The notes beneath the pieces are model-generated. The model worked only from the letters and a program-made list of their open reading frames with translations. It was not told the origin of the DNA and searched no databases. Shown piece after piece: positions 25,570 through 39,193 of a DNA stretch of 64,000 bases (positions within the stretch are counted from its first letter, which is position 1; each line of letters begins with the position of its first letter). Location of the stretch: NCBI RefSeq assembly GCF_020745735.1, contig NC_083436.1:18251299-18315298 (forward strand), read 5' to 3'. The DNA comes from Hemiscyllium ocellatum. Taxonomy: Eukaryota. Both the position numbers and the translations under genes were made by a program.

Positions 25570-27366
25570 CTATATATTTTGAATGTAGATTGAGCATGAA
25601 CAATAACAGTAAAAAGTTATTTAGTTTGGAAGGGAGAACAAAAGAACAGGATATTCAGGGTGTGACAGGGTAAATGCAGAGAGAATGTTTCCCTTCATGG
25701 GACGGTCTAGGGTTAGAGGGCATAGTCTCAGAATAAAGGGCACCAGTTTGAGACTCAGACAAGGAGGAATTTGTTCCTTTAAAGCGTCTTTCGAGCTCCT
25801 TGCTACATAGAGCTATGGGGATACAGTCTTTGTACATATTTAATAGATAAAATAGATCCTTGATCAGTAAGGGAATCCAGAGTTACAGGAAAACAGCATA
25901 AAAGTGGACGAGGTTAAAAATCACACAACACCAGGTTATAGTCCAACAGGTTTATTTGGAAGCACTAGCTTTTGGAGTGCTGCTCCTTCATCAGGTGGTT
26001 GTGGCCATTTCCTATTGAATGGTGAAGGAGCCAAAAATTATATTCCGATTTCTATTAAGAACATTCTGTTCCTTTTTCTTGTGGTCTTAAGATGCAGATG
26101 AGTTGTCCAAGTTAATATAGAGATGGCCAGAAGTAATTTTATGAAGAAGAACAATATGTTACAAAGAAACTCAAGCTTGTAGCAAGGAAAAAAATACTTA
26201 TGCTATATTTTATCCACTTTCCTGTATGCCTCAGATATCTGAACATAAAATGTGGAAGAAGATTGGCACCTATGAAATCTGAACACTAAAACAGTTTTTT
26301 GTCTCTAAAAATGTACATCCATAGCTAGCCCATAAGACAAATTAAGACGTATTTGAAATTGCAAGAAAGTGATAAATTTTATTTTAAAGTGATATCCAAA
26401 ACAAAATTCATTATTTTATTCAATTGCTTATAATTGCAAAGATGGATCCATTCTAATGACAAAGTTGAGGTCAGCAAAAATGGGGATTGATCTAGGTGAT
26501 GATGAATTTTGTAGATGAGCTGCAATGCAAGTGTGAGGATGGTACAAGACAGACGAGTCTGGCATGCCATGACAACAGAAGTACAGGGGTACCTTCACCC
26601 TCCTGTGCTTCACACTCTGTCCTGATGGCTAGAGCCTAGAATCCCTGCTGCATCTGGAAATGACATTCGCGGCAGAATTACTGCTGATCATAACATCTTA
26701 TCCAATTTTAAATTTCAACCTAGAATTGTTTTTTTTTAAGATTGTTAGGAAGTTTCAAAACTTGATAAAATTCAACTAATTCACGTAGTGTTAATAGGAT
26801 CTGAACATAACTGTTACTACTCAATAGATGATTTATTATATGTGTAGAATTAATACTAATAAGAACTTAGGAAATATCTTTGTTCAGTAAGATAGAAGTT
26901 GCTTTGTACATAAATGTGCACCATCAATACCAATAAGATTGAAAACCCTAGATTGAAAACCCTACTTCTTCAGTTCCATTTATTGGCAAGATTAGATAGG
27001 TGGAGTGAAATGTAAGGAGTGCAGTTGGGGCTCGGGTCCAATTTATCTTGAAGTGGGGAAGGCTTGGTGTCCATGGGGCATAGGAATAGGGGATTCATTA
27101 GTGATTTATGGGTTTCAATTTAATAACAATCCAGCAATTAGAACAGACTTTAATTCCTCTAACTTATTTTGGGTAATTAAGCAAGAAACCCTCCAAAAGG
27201 TTTGGATTGAGATGGGACTTTTCAGAAGCTTCCAAACAGTAGGCAATTGCCCATCAGAAATTTCATATTTTGGTGCAGTACGTGGGGAATCAGATGTATT
27301 GGAAATTCCATATGGTCCTTCAGGGCAAATCCAGTCCATGCTGTTGCTATGACTATCCTCCCTGTG

Positions 27367-27490
27367 TAGAAAGTGAGGACTGCAGATACTAAAGTACCAG
27401 AGTTGACATATGTGGTGCTGGAAAAACACAGCAGGCCAGGCAGCATCCGAGGAGCAGGAGAATCGACGTTTCGGGCACAACCCCTTCTTC
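27367..27490 (-). mobile_element. Short Penelope terminal-repeat insertion
   Basis: Homologous to Penelope 3' ends at 25340-25465 and 37110-37240. Imperfect 14-bp TSD (27353-27366 / 27491-27504, 2 mismatches). Confidence 0.75.
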
Positions 27491-28418
27491 CTGTCTTCCC
27501 TGTGGGCCAACGTCTGCTCAATCACTGAACAAGGATCCTTTGCACATACATGTGTAGATATACAATAATTCATATAATTTTAAGAGGAACTTTAAACAGA
27601 ACACTTATAATATTAAACCTCGATGAAGGTAATTTATACATTGCCTGCAAAGGTAGAATTTCTCTCATGATCCCCTTTGTGCTCTTGATGCTTGGTGCCA
27701 CTCCTCGATTTCATGTTATTTCATTCCATGCCACAACAGCCAATCAGCAAATGTTTATTATTTACAGGATTATTATTATTTATAACAGCCAATCATTGCA
27801 CTGAAAAGGTCTCCCATTGAAACCTATTTTTAAAATAAATACAATATCAAGTACCGGATCTTTTACCACAAATATTGGCATTAATCATTTTACACTTCTT
27901 TTGTTTGTCACATTTCCATTTTTAAAAAGTCTATTTTTTTCACATTGCTTCTTCATATTTTGGGCATTTAAACTTACTTAGTATGTCTTTCAGAAACATA
28001 ATAAGGGAAAGTTGAATTATACAAATGCCAGGAATCAAAATGTAAAAAGGAACAAAAATAGAGTGGTTGTCATTTTTACAGAGGTCAGTATGCAGCAAAG
28101 CATATTGTAACAACTGTAGGCAGTGCACCACAGGGCAATTGCACAGCCATCATGTACCAGGAAGCAGGAGAAGAGAATTTCATAAATTTCGGTACTTAGA
28201 CTGAAAATGATAGTTTTTGTAAACTCCTTTTACAGGGGTTACGCGACTCTTCAGAACCTGAATGCCATCAGCCTTTGAATGTGAAAAAAGTATTTCAACT
28301 AACCATGCAATCTGAAAATGCATCATGCCAATCATAGCAGAAAGGAATACATGTGTAGTATGTGTGGGTCAGTCTTCAACTGATTATAAGTCTTGGAGAA
28401 GGACAACGCAACCCCAAT

Positions 28419-29177
28419 ATGGAGAAACCATGGAAATGTGAATATTGTGGGAAGAGATTCAGTTACCCATCCCAGATAGAAAATCATCGACGCAGTCACA
28501 CTGGGGAGAGACCATTCAGCTGTTTGGCTTGTGGGGAAGAATTTACACAGAGATCCAGCCTTTTGACACACCAACGAATTCACACTGGAGAGAGACCATT
28601 TACCTGTTGCGACTGTGGGAAAGGTTTTACTCAATCAGCCAGCCTTCGGAGACACCAGCGAGTTCATACTGGTAAAACTCCATATACCTGTTCTGTATGT
28701 GGAAAGGGATTCACCCAGTCAGCCAACTTTCAGAGACACCGACGAATTCATACTGGAGAGAAGCCTTTCACCTGCTCAGCATGTGGCAAAGGCTTCATTC
28801 AGTCATTTGAGCTTCTGACACACCAGCAAGTTCACACAGAGGAGAGACCTTTTCATTGCTCTGAATGTCAGAAGTGCTTTAAAAGTATAAAGCAACTTCT
28901 GGCCCATCAGCGCACTCACACTGGGGAGAGGCCGTTCACTTGCTCAGTCTGTGGGAAGGGATTCACTCGTTCATCCACCTTGCTGACACACCAGCAGGTT
29001 CACACTGGGGAGAAGACATTTATCTGCTCTGAGTGTGGAAAGGGATGCATTACTTCATCCCACCTACTGATACATCAGCGAGTTCACAGTGGGGAGAGGC
29101 CATTCACCTGTTTAGCCTGTGGGAAGGGATTCATTCAGTCATCACACCTGCAGAAACACCAGAGACTTCACAAGTAA
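28419..29177 (+). CDS. C2H2 zinc-finger protein, 9 tandem Kruppel-type fingers, 252 aa from MEKPWKC
   Basis: Nine CxxC-x12-HxxxH units with TGE(K/R)P-type linkers, open frame, TAA at 29175-29177. Upstream acceptor actccttttacag at 28235. ATTAAA near 29263. No KRAB/SCAN/BTB domain visible. Confidence 0.95.
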   Translation: MEKPWKCEYCGKRFSYPSQIENHRRSHTGERPFSCLACGEEFTQRSSLLTHQRIHTGERPFTCCDCGKGFTQSASLRRHQRVHTGKTPYTCSVCGKGFTQSANFQRHRRIHTGEKPFTCSACGKGFIQSFELLTHQQVHTEERPFHCSECQKCFKSIKQLLAHQRTHTGERPFTCSVCGKGFTRSSTLLTHQQVHTGEKTFICSECGKGCITSSHLLIHQRVHSGERPFTCLACGKGFIQSSHLQKHQRLHK

Positions 29178-31658
29178 TTGCAGGACATGAACTCCCCTGT
29201 TAATGCTGCTGCTGATCACATCCAGGACTGTTTTAATAAGAGTTTCTCAATAACCCTTATAAATTAAATATTAATTTAAATATAACTGTGGTTAACGCAT
29301 ACCAAAATTTGTAATGTTTGACTGTTTGTGCATGGTCTTTTTTGTTATGTAAAACAAAATCAGTTAATTGACGTTTCGCAGATCTTCAATTGGCTCTTCT
29401 CCCTCACATCGTGAACTCAGTTCCTATTCAGTGTTGGAAGGGAGAAGATTCTGTTTATTTTCTGAAGGAATTATGCTTTGACAATTTTAAGAATCTACTT
29501 TTACCATTGGAGTAATTCTTTTTCTCAACACAAAGTTCTTACTTCATGCTGTTTGGAGGAAAGAGCAATATTTGTGAAACATCATTGTCATTGTTATGTT
29601 TGATCAAAGATTTGGTGTATGCTCAGTAGTGAGGATCTTCAGTGGAAATATAATTGACAAGGGATCCACAACCAAAAATTGTGCTAGCTACCTCAAATGC
29701 ATGGTATGGTTTTTCGATGGGAGACAACTCTGAGCTGTCTGTTACAGGCAAAACTTGCCATTGCATGGAAGTAACAGAAACAGATGTGCTGAGGCTGCAA
29801 TGTAATCTTAGGGACTGGGTCTGACGAGGAAGATGGGGGCTATGAAAGAAGGATCGTAAATTTTGTCAAAGGGACAACAGAAGTAACCATGTCGCGGAAA
29901 TAACTTCTGGAGCTGGTGGGATCATTGCAGAGATTTTGACACTATTGGACTCTGGCTTAATTGAGGTAAAAATCATATTGCTGCTGACAAGTAGTATCAG
30001 GTGGACATGAAACTTGAAATGTGCGGGTTATGTTTGGTTCAGCAGGTCAGTTTTATAAGCATTACTTTGAATTAATGAAGCATAACATTTGCTGTTTCAA
30101 TTTTCTGCCTATCAGTGTTGAGAGAATGTTTCTAAATCTTCTCCACTTGGCTACTGAAAATAAAAAAAAATGTACTGGAAAATTTGTTTTTCCTCCTGCC
30201 TGGAAGTTCCAGTAAAAGAAATACCTGTCGAGTTATATGTGCAAGCCTTATATATGGAGGAAACTATGAAAATTGAAATAATGACATGTCGTGACTGTGT
30301 ACAGAATGAAACTTTCATATCGAAGCAGATATAACAGAAGTGATACTGTCTTGAATGAATGAAAGAACTCACGCTATCAATTCAAGCATTCATATTGTGA
30401 AGTCAGAAACTAACTATTGATTCTGTAATTGCCTGTACTGATAACAGTTAAGAAGTATAATGGCTGCTGCTTCCTTGGGTTTCAGAAGCATGCTTAGATT
30501 GTTATATAATTTAAAAAAGTACAAAAATCAAGGACCAACCAACGTCAGTGAACAAGGGAACAGGTAAATTTGGAGATGCTACCTTCAAACAAGAAGGAAA
30601 ATGCTGAGGAAGAGCTGTGGAACCATGTCAGATAAAATGAAAATGCGCATATGAACTTGTGTTCAAAGAAATGCCCAACAAAAGCTTCACATAACTTGAG
30701 TCAACGTGTGTCAGTCAAAGAGAATTTGGGGAAACATCATTCATCCTACTGGAAAAATGCTGCTAGATGTGAAGTAGAAGTTTGTCAAAAATAAATTGCT
30801 CAAATTAGAATGAAAAAAATTACAGAAATGTAATGCATGTTGGAGCAGAAAAATCATGATGCAGAATATCTGTGTAAGTGATTTTATGATATCAAAGATA
30901 TTTCACAAAGTTACGTTCAAGTTTTCTATTAGTTTTCTATGAATAATTCTTAGTTGTGCAAAGTATTGTTATATATCACTATGGATACTATAATACTTCA
31001 TGCTCAAAGTTCCCATTAGTATTAGTTATGCGCATGTATGCATGAAGCATTTTTGAATAATATAGTAAAAGTCAATTTAAAAATTCTAATTTTGCAACAT
31101 TGAAAAATTACAATAAGTTTGAAAAACATTTCAAAAATTTAAAATTGAAATTTAATGGAGCGAATCTTCCAGTCAGCAACCGGCTTATGTGATTCTTGCT
31201 GACAGCAAGAAAAGACAGTTATGAATTACAAACTTTTGGTAACTGCAGTTGTAATCCAGACCTGGGTGCAGCAGGGCTCACAGAATTTAGGTGCCAGGAC
31301 AGAAGAATGTGGAGTGCGGAAGAGGTGAGGTAACATCCCTTTTCCCTTTCCCACAGCAACTGTGTGTACTGTTCAATGATATATGCCACAAAGTGAGAAA
31401 TTTAAGGATGCAAGTGTATAAGTTTGGGGGTGTGGGAGGCAAGAGTGGGTAGTCAGGTTGGAATGGTAATTAGGGATGGGGACGTTTGATAAATGGAAGT
31501 GGTGTGAACTCTGTTATTAATGACTGATCTATGCCAGGACTTTCCAGTGAATTATTTGAGTAAATATTCATGTTGGTAGTACTTAACAAAACCAAAACAT
31601 CCAGTACAAAATTAAATATTGGGGAAATTTTCATTGGGACCGTAAAGCTATGTTTATT

Positions 31659-32286
31659 TGTTATGGACCAGAACAGATCCCCTCAAAACATTGAGAAAGT
31701 AGCCCAAAACCTAACTTTGTTAGTTGTTTTAAGCAGGTGTAATGTGAGGAAGGATGCAGCTGGTCAAACCATTTAGTTTTAAACAAAACAGGATTTATTT
31801 ATAGGATTACCAGATGAAACACAAATAAACTAGAACAGAATAAAAAATAACTTAAATTATCCAAAACGCAACAGACTATCCCAATTTAGTGACGCTGTTC
31901 CCAACACTTGCAACAATGCACATAAACACCTCTTGGCACAAAAGGCAAAATCAAATGCAGGGTCTTCAAGGAGAGAAGTCAGGGGGGAAGGTGGGTCAGC
32001 ATGGACCTGCTTCTCTTGGGTCCAGCAGCTTCACAATTGACTGACTGCCAAAAAAAATCAAACCCGAGAATAGCTGAGCTGGGAGAATTGGCCAGTCCCC
32101 TTTCATTGTACAAGTGTTTTGTTTTAAAATCATGAAAGCCTTTTGCCTGAGGGAGTATCTGTTAGCTGTAATCAAATTGGCCCTAAAACCCATCTAAGCC
32201 AGACTTTTCGGAATCACTGCTTTTATGAACTCTCTGGAAAAAAAACAAGGACAACAGAACCTTGTTAAAGGAGCAACATCGTCACA
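31659..32286 (-). mobile_element. Solo LTR, same family
   Basis: Reverse strand starts tgtgacgatgttgctcctttaacaag (compare tgtgattatgctactcctttaacaag at 63120) and ends ...gtccataaca (compare gtccattaca at 10585). TSD not clean. Confidence 0.8.
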
Positions 32287-34849
32287 CAATCTTCTCAGGC
32301 AGTTAGTACATATGCCACCTTAGGGCTACCATCAGATTCAGATGTACAACAGCATACGTACATCTTAAAGTACATTCCTGTTGGTATCTGCAGATGAGAC
32401 CTTTTAAGTTACCATGCCTTCCAGGACTTTGCAACTCCCAGCATCTCTCCTAAACTATTACAGATGTCATTACTCTAACTAGTAATGTTAGTTATTATAT
32501 TTTGGATTAAATTGACCCCAGTATCTCATATAAGTTGCCCCTACACAACCCAAAACTTTAAGTCCAATGCCTCCAAAAATCACCACTAATAACATGACCC
32601 CCATCCTGAATATTTCACCAACAGTTCAAATTCAGAGTCACTTCAGAAATTTCTTCCCAAACCAAATTTGCATATTTCATAGATTCTGTTCCCCTCCAAC
32701 ATAATAATTTTCCTACAGATTAGTGAGAGACAATATCTTTTTTATCCAAATAGTAATTCTTACACAACTTGCATGTCAAAGCACGTACAAGCTGTCTTCA
32801 TGTTGGTGCATGCATGAAATTCCTAATTAGGCAATCGCTGCAATCTGACAGAATATCCATTAGGGCAACAAAGCTCCATTGAGCAATCATTTAGGGGGAG
32901 AAAAAGCACAGGTGATGTCAAGAGAACAGCTCCTGATCAGAACAGCAGGTACAGAAGATCTTCCTGTACACATGAAGGTACATTGTTGAATCACAGTCAA
33001 TGGGAAATCAATGCATTAACAGAAACTTTAACATTATTAGTTTCAATGAAACATGTTTGGAAAAGGTTACACTTTATTAAATAAGACATAACTGGGTTTT
33101 AATGGTGTATAACATTCCTAATTAAACAGCACCCCTGCCACAAAGTGAATTTTAATTTTGTAAAATTTCTCCCTCACTAAGAACGTTCTCATTTGTTTGA
33201 AAGCTTGATGTTTTGGTTTCATCTTAATTTTAAGATAAATTTATTTTAATACTTTAAGTTTGAATTTATGGAGAATGGTAATTAGTGTTTCCAACATCCC
33301 TTATTTGCTTCAATGTGGTAGGCTGCTTGCCCTGCTTGAAACACCAGAGTTTACACCACATTTTAACTTCCACCTAGAAAGGGGCAATACATGTTGTCAA
33401 GCACTTGCTACATCTTCGCAGGCAGTTTTCAAGGACAGTGGTGATCACACTTTCTTCGCTGCTGACCAAAGATCATTGCCCAGAATTTGCTGTCCAATTT
33501 GTGCTGCACTTTTGCAAACTGCTATACATTGTTATCTCAGTGACAGACTTGCAATTCACATTCATGTAAATGATGGTTGTGTGGAGTATAGAGCAACCAA
33601 AAGGAGAGCAGGTAGAGTTTAATACCTAGTGTAGGCTGCAAAGACCGAATTAAAAACCTGAAGGTACCATGTTTACAACTATATGGGCTTTTCTTGGGAA
33701 CAGGTCCAGGTCAATGGCCCCCATCGTAATCCAATTGTTTCAGGATGTGTTAGGGTCTGGTCAGACTGCCAGGACACCACACAGTCGGGTCAGGTAAGGT
33801 AAGGTTGGCTTGAGGCAAATCTTCAGGATATTGCTGCACTGGCTGGCCTCTCCCAGCTCTCTGTGCCATCTTCACTTCATCCTTAACCTGTCGCTTCAGG
33901 AGGTTGGGCTAGCGAGCAACCCAGGACCAGGCTCAGCCTCTGGTCCAGGATATGCCTCCAACATCCAGACACTGCTGGTTGTCACTACCACAAACTTCAC
34001 TTCTACTCACTCATGGTAACAATTGATAATTACTGGAAGATGAGTGTTTACTAGTCCTCTCTGCCATCCTACAACAGAACACGGTCTCCAGTCGTCTTGG
34101 ACTTACTTTGTCATTGGGTCCAAACCTCACTCTGTCATGGTGTACAATGATCACCCCATGTTAAAAGAATCTATGTGCAGGTATCTTCTATCCCAACCCG
34201 TCTCTGCATGCTCACCATAAACCCACACAAATTAATTTTAGAATCTTGAAGGTCAGGACCCTAGTGGACCAGAGCATCTCACCCATTTTCAGATTTTCAT
34301 CATTGAAGTTTTATTTTAGTTTTTCTTTCTGTGTCTTATCACTCTCTATTAATGCTATTTTTCTTTCCCTACAGTACTTTGAATAATCTATTATACTCTT
34401 CCTGGTTTAGACTCAGTAGGGAATCTTCAGTCTGTTTGGCATTTCTACCTTATAATTGCCTACCTTATTTGAATGTTACATTGCAAGTGAAGGTATTGGA
34501 CTTTTCTGTTCTCTGCAATTATCATGACATGAGAATGTGAAAAGTGTAATTTACTGCCTACACCATCTGTTCTGACCACAAAATCTGGGCTTGTAGCCAA
34601 ACATATATCAGCATTTATGTATGTATTTATAATATATGGGTATGCATATATTTGATGCTGATCTCTCCCATCTTTAGTAGTTTTCCTGACTCTGTTTTAT
34701 CCTGGGTGGTTTTTTTTGCGGTTATGAAAGTTTGGAATATACCTGATGACTTTTAGGCAGCTGATTTTAGGGATCTATAGTGACTGACTTAATACTGTAC
34801 ATCTATCTTTGGTAGCGAAGTGGCAACTTTTAAGTTAAGACGACATTAA

Positions 34850-37240
34850 TTTAGATACATGTGAGATGTTGCATTTTGGGAAAGCAAATCTTAGCAGGAC
34901 TTATACACTGAATGGTAAGGTCCTAGGAAGTGGTGCTGAACGAAGAGACCTTGAAGTGTAGGTTCATAGCTCCTTCAAAGTAGAGTCGCAGGTAGTGAAG
35001 AAGGCGTTTGGAAGTTTTTCCTTTAATGGTCAGAGCATTGAGTACAGGAGTTGGGAGGTCATGTTGCTGCTGTACAGGGCGATGGTTAGGCCACTTTTGG
35101 AATATCACTTGCAATTCTGGTCTCCTTCCTATCAGAAGAATGTTGTGAAACTTGAAAGAGTTGCCAGGGTCGGAGAATTTGAGCTAGAGGGAGAGGCTGA
35201 ATAGGCTGGGATGTTTCCCTGGGGTTTTGGAGGCTGAGGGGTGACCTTATAGAGATTTATAAAATCATGAGGGGCATGGATAGGAGTATTAGACAAGGTT
35301 TTTTTTCCCTGGGATTGGAGAGTCGAGAACTCGAGGGCGTAGGTTAGGATGAGAAGGGAAAAATATAAAAGGGACCTAAGGGACAGTGCATCATCCTCCG
35401 CCATTTCCGTCACCTACAAACAGACCCCACCACCAGAGATATATTTCCCTTCTCACTCCATCTGCTTTTCATAAAGATCATTCCCTTCGCAACTCTCGTC
35501 ATGTCCATGTGCTCCACCAACCCACTTCCCCTGCCATTGCAGGAATTCCAAAACCTGTGCCTACACCACCTCACCCCCACCATCATACAAGCCCCAAAGA
35601 AGCCTTCCACATCCATCAAGAGTTTTATCTGCACCTCCACACGTCATTTACCGAATATATGTTAATGATATAGAAGATGTTATCAGCAATAACATTAGCA
35701 AATTTGCTGATGATACAAAGCTGGGTGGCAGGGTGAAATGTGATGAGGATGTTAGGAGATTACAGGGTGACCAGGACAGGTTAGGTGAGTGGGCAGATGC
35801 ATAGCAGATGAAGTTTAATGTGGATAAATGTATGGTTATCCACTTTGATGGCAAGAACAGGAAGGCAGATTACTACCTCAATGGAATTAATTTAGGAAAA
35901 GGGGCAGTATAGAGAGATCTGGGTGTTCTTGTACACCAGTCAATGAAGGCAAGCATGCAGGTACAGCAGGTAGTGAAGAAGGCTAATAGCATGCTGGCTT
36001 TCATAACAAGAGGGATTGAGTATAGAAGCAAAGAGGTGCTTCTGCAGCTGTACAGGGTCATGGTGAGACCACACCTGGAGTACTGTGTGCAGTTCTGGTC
36101 TCCAAATTTGAGGAAAAACATTCTGGCTATTGAGGGAGTGCAGCGTAAGTTCACGAGGTCAATTCCTGGAATGGAGGGATTACCTTACACTGAAAGACTG
36201 AAGCGACTAGGCTTGTATACCCTTGAGTTTAGAAGACTGAGAGGGGATATGATTGAGACATATAAGATTATGAAAGGATTGGACACTCTGGCAGCAGGAA
36301 ACATGTTTCCGCTGATGGGTGAGTGCCGAACCAAAGGACACAGCTTAAAAATATGGGGCAGACCATTTAGGACAGAGATGAGGAGAAACTTCTTCACCCA
36401 GAGAGTGGTGGCTGTGTGGAATGCTCTGCCCCAGAGGGCAGTGGAGCCCCAGTCTCTGGATCATTTAAGAAAGAGTTGGATAGAGATCTCAAAGATAGTG
36501 GAATCAAGGGTTATGGAGATAAGGCAGGAAGCGGATACTGATTAGGAATGATCAGCCATTATCATATTGAATGGCGGTGCAGGCTCGAAGGGCTGAATGG
36601 CCTACTCCTGCACCTATTGTCTATTGTCTATGTAGTCTCCTGTACATTGGGGAGACAGGATGCCTGCTTGCAGAGCACTTCAGAGAGCATCTCTGGGACA
36701 CCTGCACCACCAACCCCATGGCTGAACATTTCAACTCCCCTTCCCACTCTGCCAAGTACATGCAGGTCCTGGGCCTCCTCCATTGTCACACCCTAACCAC
36801 CTGACGCCTGGAGGAGGAATGCCTCAACTTTTGCCTTGGGACCCTCCAACCCCAGGGCATCAATGTGGACTTCACCAGTTTCCTCATTTCTCTTCCCCCC
36901 CATCTTATCCTGGTTCTAACCTTCCAGCTCAGTACTGCCCTCATGACCTGTGCATCTTCCTTCCCACCTATCCGCTCCGCCCTTCTCTTTGACCTATCAC
37001 CATTACCCCACCTCCATCTACCTATCGTACTATAAGCTACCTTCCACCATCCCCCCTAGCTCCACCTTCCTCCCATTTATCTCTCCACCCCCTCGACTCA
37101 CGAGCCTCATTCCTGAGGAAGGGCTCTTGCCTGAAATGTCGATTCTCCTGCTTCTTGGATGCTGCCTGACCTGCTGTGCTTTTCCAGTACCACACTCTCA
37201 ACTCTGATCTCCAGCATCTGCGGTCCTCACTTTCTCCTAG
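34850..37240 (+). mobile_element. Nested cluster: CR1 3' end (34850-35385), Penelope (about 35388-35650 and 36635-37240) split by a CR1 (about 35655-36630)
   Basis: ORF 35943-36545 is a CR1 ORF2 C-terminus (VRPHLEYCVQFWSP, FFTQRVV). LLYIGETG...MAEHFNSP is GIY-YIG. Confidence 0.88.
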
Positions 37241-37547
37241 CCAGCATTTATTGCCCATTCCAAATTGTCCTCGAGAAGATGGTGGTGAGCCTTTTTCTTG
37301 AACCACTGCAGTCCTTGGGGTGTAAGTACACGCACAGTTCTGTCAGGAAAGGACCTTCAGAATCTGAGAAAATTAGACAAAATAGATTTGAGTTAATTAT
37401 AGGCTAAATGCTATTCTTAATGCCCAATTTTGGCCTTAGCAAAAAAAAAAGCAACTGTGATGATGGTGCTGAATTGGAGATTCAGGGGCTTGGAATGCTC
37501 TTGTCAATTTCACACAGGATTCACTCCATGTTCATTGCAGTCTGTGA

Positions 37548-37562
37548 TGCCACCTAGTGGAC
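37548..37562 (-). promoter_or_regulatory. CTCF-binding motif
   Basis: Minus strand GTCCACTAGGTGGCA matches the CCACYAGRKGGCR core. Confidence 0.55.
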
Positions 37563-38479
37563 CCTGAAAAGTACAATATTGTTGATGTAATGGTGGAGTG
37601 GTGGAGGGAGAATAAAGAAAGTTGTATAGTGAGGCCACAAGCATGAGATGAGTCATGCAGACAACTACCTAGAGGTTATGAAGTGGGGAGAGTGAGGTTT
37701 AGAAAACTGTACGGTAATTGTTGATGCACTTGGTGTTTTTTCATATGCGTATATCTCAAACCACAGGAGAAACATTACCAGTGATGCCTTTATAGAATTC
37801 TCCAAATGCAGTGACAAAAAAAAGGTCCAACAGCAGAAAATCTACATATTCCTGACACAAGACTCCCAAAACAACTCCTTTACCCAAGAGTTCACTTGTG
37901 GCAGGAGATTCACAGGAGGATGGGGTAAATGCTTTAGCAATGTCACAAACCATCCCTGAAGAAGTCAAGCATGTGAGTCTCTGACTTGTACTGACTGAAA
38001 GAGTAGGTTCATTTCAGAAAGCACCAAACATTGCAGGATTTCATGCAGAGATGGACTGTAGGCATTGGAGAGAACACGCAAACCTCCAAACAATTTAACT
38101 ACTTGATCCTTAAAGTACCACCTACCTCACATGAAAGAGTGTGCAGTTCACATAGCAGATTTGTCAGCCAACTTAGAACTCACTGAACCGGATGTAACAA
38201 TAGACAATAGGTGTAGGAGTAGGCCATTCTGCCCTTTGAGGCAGCATCACCATTCATTATGATCATGGCTGATCATCCTCAATCTGTCTCCTGTTCCTGC
38301 CTTATCCCCATTTTTTGTTTTTGAGGAGGCATACTCTCAGATCCCCCAAAAAATGTTTGCATAAAGAAAGGTCATGGAGTAAATGGTAGTTTCACAGGAC
38401 TAGTAATCAAGAACTCCGGTCTAATGTCCTGAGGACGTGGGGTTGAATCCTACAAGACAGGTGGTGAAATTTCAATAAA

Positions 38480-38984
38480 GGTTTGTGCGAAGATTTGTAG
38501 CTCGGGTGCTCGTTGTTGTGGTTCTGTTCGCTGAGCTGGAAGTTTTTGTTGCAAACGTTTCGTCCCCTGGCTAGGAGACATCATCAGTGCTCTGGAGCCT
38601 ACATGAACATCAACTAGCCACGAAACGACACGACCAGCTATCCCTAGTAGCCACACACTCAGACAACAAGCAACATAAATTCGACTGGGAAAACACTACT
38701 ATCATAGGGCAAGCCAGACAGAGAACAGCCAGGGAATTCCTAGAGGCATGGCATTCATCCACAAACTCCATCAACAAACACATCAACCTGGACCCAATAT
38801 ACCAACCACTACAGCGGACAGCTGAAACTGACACCCGGAAGCGGCAAGGACAGACCACTATAAATACCGGAAGAAACATCAAAGAAGTGCTTCGCAGGAG
38901 GCTCCAGAGCACTGATGATGTCTCCTAGCCAGGGGACGAAACATTTGCAACAAAAACTTCCAGCTCGGCAAACAGAACCACAAC
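38480..38984 (+). mobile_element. Penelope-like element 3' fragment with inverted 5' terminal copy
   Basis: 13-bp TSD aaatttcaataaa (38467-38479 / 38985-38997). GIY-YIG C-terminus HKFDWENTTII...REFLEAWHS...INKH. Inverted arms 38514-38600 / 38899-38985. Confidence 0.9.
38551..38590 (-). ncRNA. Minimal type-I hammerhead ribozyme motif (Penelope terminal repeat)
   Basis: gca-CTGATGA-t-gtctcct(agcc)aggggac-GAAAC-GTT-tgc: stem I gca/tgc, 7-bp stem II, palindromic ACGT stem III. Confidence 0.7.
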
Positions 38985-39193
38985 AAATTTCAATAAAAGC
39001 TAGGCTAATAGCAAACTTGTAGCTACTGTTGATTACGATTAAAAACCCATCTAGTTCACTAATGTCTTTTTCATTGCAGAAATATACTTTATTCATTAAA
39101 AATATGTATATGCACAGGTACCATAGCAGTTCTGTTACAGTCTTTGCATATAAGAAAAAACAAAATGGAATTTGACATTCTTTGCAGTTGCAA

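Noticed and set aside
27005-27573. ORFs of 99-152 aa upstream of the ZNF
   Set aside because: Two of them read through a Penelope insertion, and none has a KRAB/SCAN-like or other domain.
28362-28418. Track's longer ZNF N-terminus (MWVSLQ...)
   Set aside because: Starts at GTG; the first in-frame ATG is 28419.
32300-34260. Possible retroviral internal region next to the LTR at 31659-32286
   Set aside because: No gag/pol/env motifs and no clear PBS or PPT found by eye.
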